IMG/VR virus record: IMGVR_UViG_2061766007_000800
Length of the DNA: 64,000 bases
Source of the DNA: an uncultured virus (IMG/VR IMGVR_UViG_2061766007_000800)
Lineage: Duplodnaviria > Heunggongvirae > Uroviricota > Caudoviricetes
Reading direction: 5' to 3' (one strand)
Each line of letters begins with the position of its first letter. Position 1 is the first letter of the stretch. The notes beneath the pieces are model-generated. The model was not told where the DNA came from, ran no database searches, and saw only the letters and a list, made by a program, of their open reading frames with translations. The translations under genes were made by a program, and so were the position numbers. This document shows positions 60,127 to 64,000 of the stretch, one piece after another.

Positions 60127-61905
60127 ATGAATTTTAAAGTATATGACGCACCACATTCAGATAATACAGTAATGCAAATTCTTTTAAACAGAGGTTTATC
60201 TGTTGAAGAAGCTTTTAGATATATGAATTTAAGTGAAGAGAGTGTTAATAGTCCTCTTCTTTTAGGAGAAGATAAACTTATTGCAGCAAAACAGATTATT
60301 GATAACACAATGATAAGTCAGCAAAAGATGCTGATTATAGTTGACTCGGACTGCGATGGTTTTACCTCATCCGCACTTTTTATTAACTATTTATATGAAA
60401 TAAATCCTACATATGTCGAAGAATGTGTTGAATATAGATTCCATGAAGGAAAACAACATGGTTTGACAGATATGGTTGATTATATATTAAAAAAAGATTT
60501 TAAGTTAGTAGTAGTACCTGATGGCGGTAGTAATGATTATGAGCCACAAAAAATTTTAAAGGAAAATGGAATTGAAGTCATTGTACTTGACCACCATGAA
60601 GCAGGATATCTTAATAAAGATGCGATTGTTATTAATAATCAAATGTGTGATTATCCTAACAAGAGTTTCTCTGGTGTTGGTATTGTATGGCAATTTTGTA
60701 GATATATGGATGCAGAGAATGGTACTAATTATGCTGATAAGTTTATTGATTTAGTTGCTCTTGGTAATATTGGTGATATGATGGACTTAAGAAATCCTGA
60801 GACAAGATATGTTATCTCAAAGGGACTTAGACCAGATAATATTCAGAATCCATTTATCTATGGTATGTGGCAGAAGAATATGTTTAAATTAACTGACGAA
60901 CCTACTGCATGGGGTTATACATTCTATATTGTACCTATGGTTAATGCTTGTAACAGAAGTGGAAGTCTTGAAGATAAACAAGTTATGTTTCAAGCTATGT
61001 TAACTAATAGAGCAGATGTAAAAGTTCCTTCAACAAAAAGAGGTCATAAAGCTGGTGAAATGGAAACTATTTGTACTCAGTCATTAAGAGTAGCAACAAA
61101 TGTTAAAAGACACCAAGATAAAGCAGTAGATGAGTCAATGGCTAAACTTATTAAAAAGATAGAAGATGAAAATCTTTTACAACATAAAGTTTTATTACTT
61201 TTACTTCCTGCTGGATATATGTCTCCTAATACTGCGGGATTGGTAGCTAATAAATTAATGGCTAAATATCAAAGACCTTGTTGTGTATTAATGAAAAATG
61301 GAGATAGCTTCTCTGGTAGTGCAAGAGGTTGTGATATAATTGGAGTTACTAAATTTAAAGATATATGTGAAGCAACTAATGCTTGTGAATATACAATAGG
61401 TCACCAAGGTGCTTTTGGTTTAAGTATAAAAGTTCATTATGAAGATGATGAATTCGGAGAGGTAGATGGAGATAACTTATATCAGTTTATTGAAAAAACT
61501 GATGAAGTTTTAAAAGATATTAGTTCAGAACCTATTTACTTCGTAGATTACTTATGGGATGTAAATGAAGTTGAACCTAATAGGATTCTTGATATTGCTA
61601 AATTAGGATACCTTTGGGGTTCTAATATGCAGGAAAGTAAAGTAGGTATTAAGAATATTGAAGTATCAAAAGAAAATGTAACAGTTATGGCAAGCAATAC
61701 TTTAAAGATAACTTTACCTAATGGTGTAGCTATTATTAAATTTAGAGCAAGTGATGAAGAGATTGCCGCACTTACTCCTGCCGACGGAACTGTTACAAAA
61801 ATCAACATTGTTGGCACTTGCAACCGCAATGAATGGGCGGGAGAGGTTACCCCGCAGATTTTCTTGGATGAATATGAGATACAAAGGAAGGCTTGGGTAT
61901 TATAA
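60127..61905 (+). CDS. recJ: RecJ-like ssDNA exonuclease (DHH)
   Basis: DSDCDG, HG, DHH, SG.G, GD.MD, GSAR, GH..AFG. Confidence 0.88.
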   Translation: MNFKVYDAPHSDNTVMQILLNRGLSVEEAFRYMNLSEESVNSPLLLGEDKLIAAKQIIDNTMISQQKMLIIVDSDCDGFTSSALFINYLYEINPTYVEECVEYRFHEGKQHGLTDMVDYILKKDFKLVVVPDGGSNDYEPQKILKENGIEVIVLDHHEAGYLNKDAIVINNQMCDYPNKSFSGVGIVWQFCRYMDAENGTNYADKFIDLVALGNIGDMMDLRNPETRYVISKGLRPDNIQNPFIYGMWQKNMFKLTDEPTAWGYTFYIVPMVNACNRSGSLEDKQVMFQAMLTNRADVKVPSTKRGHKAGEMETICTQSLRVATNVKRHQDKAVDESMAKLIKKIEDENLLQHKVLLLLLPAGYMSPNTAGLVANKLMAKYQRPCCVLMKNGDSFSGSARGCDIIGVTKFKDICEATNACEYTIGHQGAFGLSIKVHYEDDEFGEVDGDNLYQFIEKTDEVLKDISSEPIYFVDYLWDVNEVEPNRILDIAKLGYLWGSNMQESKVGIKNIEVSKENVTVMASNTLKITLPNGVAIIKFRASDEEIAALTPADGTVTKINIVGTCNRNEWAGEVTPQIFLDEYEIQRKAWVL

Positions 61906-62252
61906 TGAGTTTTACTAAAAGAAGAATTTATATCTTTTATAATGATGATGCTTGGTTAGTTTCTGCCTATGCAAAAGTAATAAAAGAATTAACATTAACA
62001 GGAACTCTTATGAACATCCGCACAGAGGGATATAAAGAAATAAATATTCAAACAGATTTTATAACTATAAAATTTATAAAATTTGAAGATTTTAAAGAGA
62101 ATTGTTGTGGAGAGCGTTTTGATGAATGCTATCTTCAAGAAAGTTGTTTAAAAACAGACGCTAGAGATTATTTTAAAGCTATGATAAATATAAAAACTTG
62201 TTGTCCTAATTCTGCTTATTATTTTTTAATAAAAGATGAGATAGAAGAAGGT
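61905..62252 (+). CDS. hypothetical protein (3' end in gap)
   Basis: TAATG-coupled ORF. Confidence 0.5.
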
Positions 62253-62412
62253 NNNNNNNNNNNNNNNNNNNNNNNNNNNNNNNNNNNNNNNNNNNNNNNN
62301 NNNNNNNNNNNNNNNNNNNNNNNNNNNNNNNNNNNNNNNNNNNNNNNNNNNNNNNNNNNNNNNNNNNNNNNNNNNNNNNNNNNNNNNNNNNNNNNNNNNN
62401 NNNNNNNNNNNN

Positions 62413-63593
62413 TAACTACTAAACAACAGCAAGGCTTGAATCTTGCTGTGCAGAAATTTAAAAATCACGAAAAATATATGGTAATATCTGGGTATGCGGG
62501 AACAGGTAAGAGTACATTGGTAAGATTTATCATTGAGGCTCTTGCCCCAGACCCTGATAGAGTTGTCTACGCAACATTTACAGGTAAGGCGGCCGAGGTG
62601 CTTCGCCGCAAGGGTAATAAGAATGCTATGACATTACATAAACTCTTATATGAAACATACCCCTTACCCACAGGTGGTTTTAAAAGAAGACCTAAATCAA
62701 CCCTTGCTCCTTATACTATTATCGTAGTAGATGAGGTATCAATGGTTCCGAAGTCTATGATAGATATGCTTTTGAGTCATAGAGCATTTGTGATTTTCCT
62801 AGGGGATCCTTTCCAATTGCCAATGATAGATAAAGGACAATCTCATAATCTACTTGACCACCCTGATGTCTTTCTTGACGAAATTATGAGACAAGCAGCG
62901 GAATCAGAGATTATTCGATTAACAATGAAGATTAGAGCAGGTGAGTCCTTTGATTATATGAAAGGACAAGAAGTTCAAATCTTTAAACCTAATGAATTAT
63001 CAACAGGCATGTTAACTTGGGCAGACCAAATTTTATGTGCAAAGAATGTTACAAGACATAATCTTAATCAGCAAGTAAGAGAACTTAATGGATTCACAGG
63101 TCTGTTACAAGAGAATGAGAAAGTAATAGTAAAAAGAAATTATTGGGAAGAATGTAATGCGGAAGGCGATGCATTAGTTAACGGCTCGACAGGTATTTTA
63201 CAGCACTGGAGTGAAGATGTTATAACCGTTCCCGCAAATATTAAAATCTCACAAAAGAAAGTTTCTATTATCAGAGCAGATTTTAAGCCAGAAGTTGGTT
63301 CTACTTTTGGTAATATTGCTTTTGATAAAAACTTTTTAGTTAATGAAGAACCTTGTTTTGATTGGCGGACAGAGTACCAGTTAAACAGGATAAAAAGACA
63401 GTCAATGGGAGCTATTGATTTAATTCCTAAGCAAATGACATATGGTTATGCTATTACTTGTCATTGTGCACAGGGTAGTGAATGGGATAAGGTTTTAGTT
63501 GTAGAAGAAAATTTTCCTTATGGTGAAGAGCATGCTAGATGGTTATATACAGCATGCACTAGAGCATCAGAAAAGCTTGTATTGATAAGATAG
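62413..63593 (+). CDS. RecD/Dda-like SF1B helicase (start in gap)
   Basis: GYAGTGKS, TGKAA, DEVSM, GDPFQL, RQ, YAITCH.AQGSEW, YTACTRA. Confidence 0.9.
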
Positions 63594-63605
63594 GAGAATA
63601 TAATT

Positions 63606-63791
63606 ATGGCGGAATTTAAAACATTTGAAAGTATTGATAAATGGGTAGAAAAACATCTTGAAACTTGTAGAACACAAACAGCTGCTGGAGAACAATTTGA
63701 ATATCGTTTTTTCCCAACGGGAATTGGAGATCTTCAAACTGTATATTGTTGTCGTTGTGGGGCAAAATTTGAAGATGATAGTATTGGATAA
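63606..63791 (+). CDS. small Zn-ribbon protein
   Basis: F.PTGIG...C.RCG. Confidence 0.6.
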   Translation: MAEFKTFESIDKWVEKHLETCRTQTAAGEQFEYRFFPTGIGDLQTVYCCRCGAKFEDDSIG

Positions 63792-63794
63792 AAT

Positions 63795-64000
63795 ATGAAT
63801 ATAGCAACAAGTTATTTTTATCAAATTAGAAATTTTAAACCTGGGATGGTACCGGTCTCAACTTGTTTATCAGACCCTATGTGGTACCGCCCGCCAGAAG
63901 GCAAACAATGGTATATAGATAAAAGAGGAATAGTATGTGGTTTAAGATATGAACCTCTTATTGTTCAAAGATATGGAAATTGTAGTTGCCCTTGTCTTTT
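63795..64000 (+). CDS. hypothetical protein, 5' part
   Basis: MNIATSYFYQIRNF... runs off the window. Confidence 0.6.
   Translation, partial: MNIATSYFYQIRNFKPGMVPVSTCLSDPMWYRPPEGKQWYIDKRGIVCGLRYEPLIVQRYGNCSCPCL

Noticed and set aside
2840..62412. N runs, often located at promoter regions
   Set aside because: Assembly or masking gaps in AT-rich repeated sequence; no biological meaning can be read from them.
61893..63593. 566-aa fusion of an N-terminal domain with the helicase
   Set aside because: Joined only through an N gap; more likely two genes.
2128..63824. Minus-strand and nested ORFs across the window
   Set aside because: Shadows of + strand genes; all promoters and RBSs seen point in the + direction.
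1..64000. Stop-codon reassignment as seen in some large gut phages
   Set aside because: Core genes are intact under the standard code, TAG and TGA end genes normally, and no suppressor tRNA was found.

Overview
A 64-kb segment of a large, AT-rich tailed phage, probably infecting a gut or rumen Firmicute (sigma-A-like promoters, AGGAG RBSs, tRNA genes without encoded CCA). Essentially all genes lie on the + strand and use the standard code. Layout: (i) 1-5.6 kb, RNA ligase C-terminus, an endonuclease and small early genes; (ii) 5.6-17 kb, an RNA island with 25 tRNAs, several aberrant tRNA-like RNAs, a tmRNA (tag ANNSYALAA), a Ro60/TROVE-like vWA protein (DUF2828-like) flanked by three copies of a small structured RNA motif, a ClpX-like ATPase, and two giant structured ncRNAs in tandem (GOLLD-like, about 880 nt, with an embedded circularly permuted tRNA elbow; ROOL-like, about 610 nt); (iii) 17-34 kb, tail and receptor-binding modules with signs of shuffling, a small-ORF cassette array and a GT2; (iv) 34-64 kb, lysis, RNA end-healing and replication genes (PNK-like kinase, PhoH, holin, endolysin, RNase H, phosphoesterase, GyrB/GyrA, NAD ligase, ClpP-like, ThyX-like, DnaB, primase, RecJ, RecD-like). 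The best candidate for an undescribed system is the Ro60-like protein with its AAGAC..ACAGCAAT..GTCTTG RNAs: two carry anticodon-like stem-loops and one is grafted, circularly permuted, into a tRNA scaffold. All family assignments come from motif recognition by eye, and no database searches were run. N-gaps hide some gene starts.
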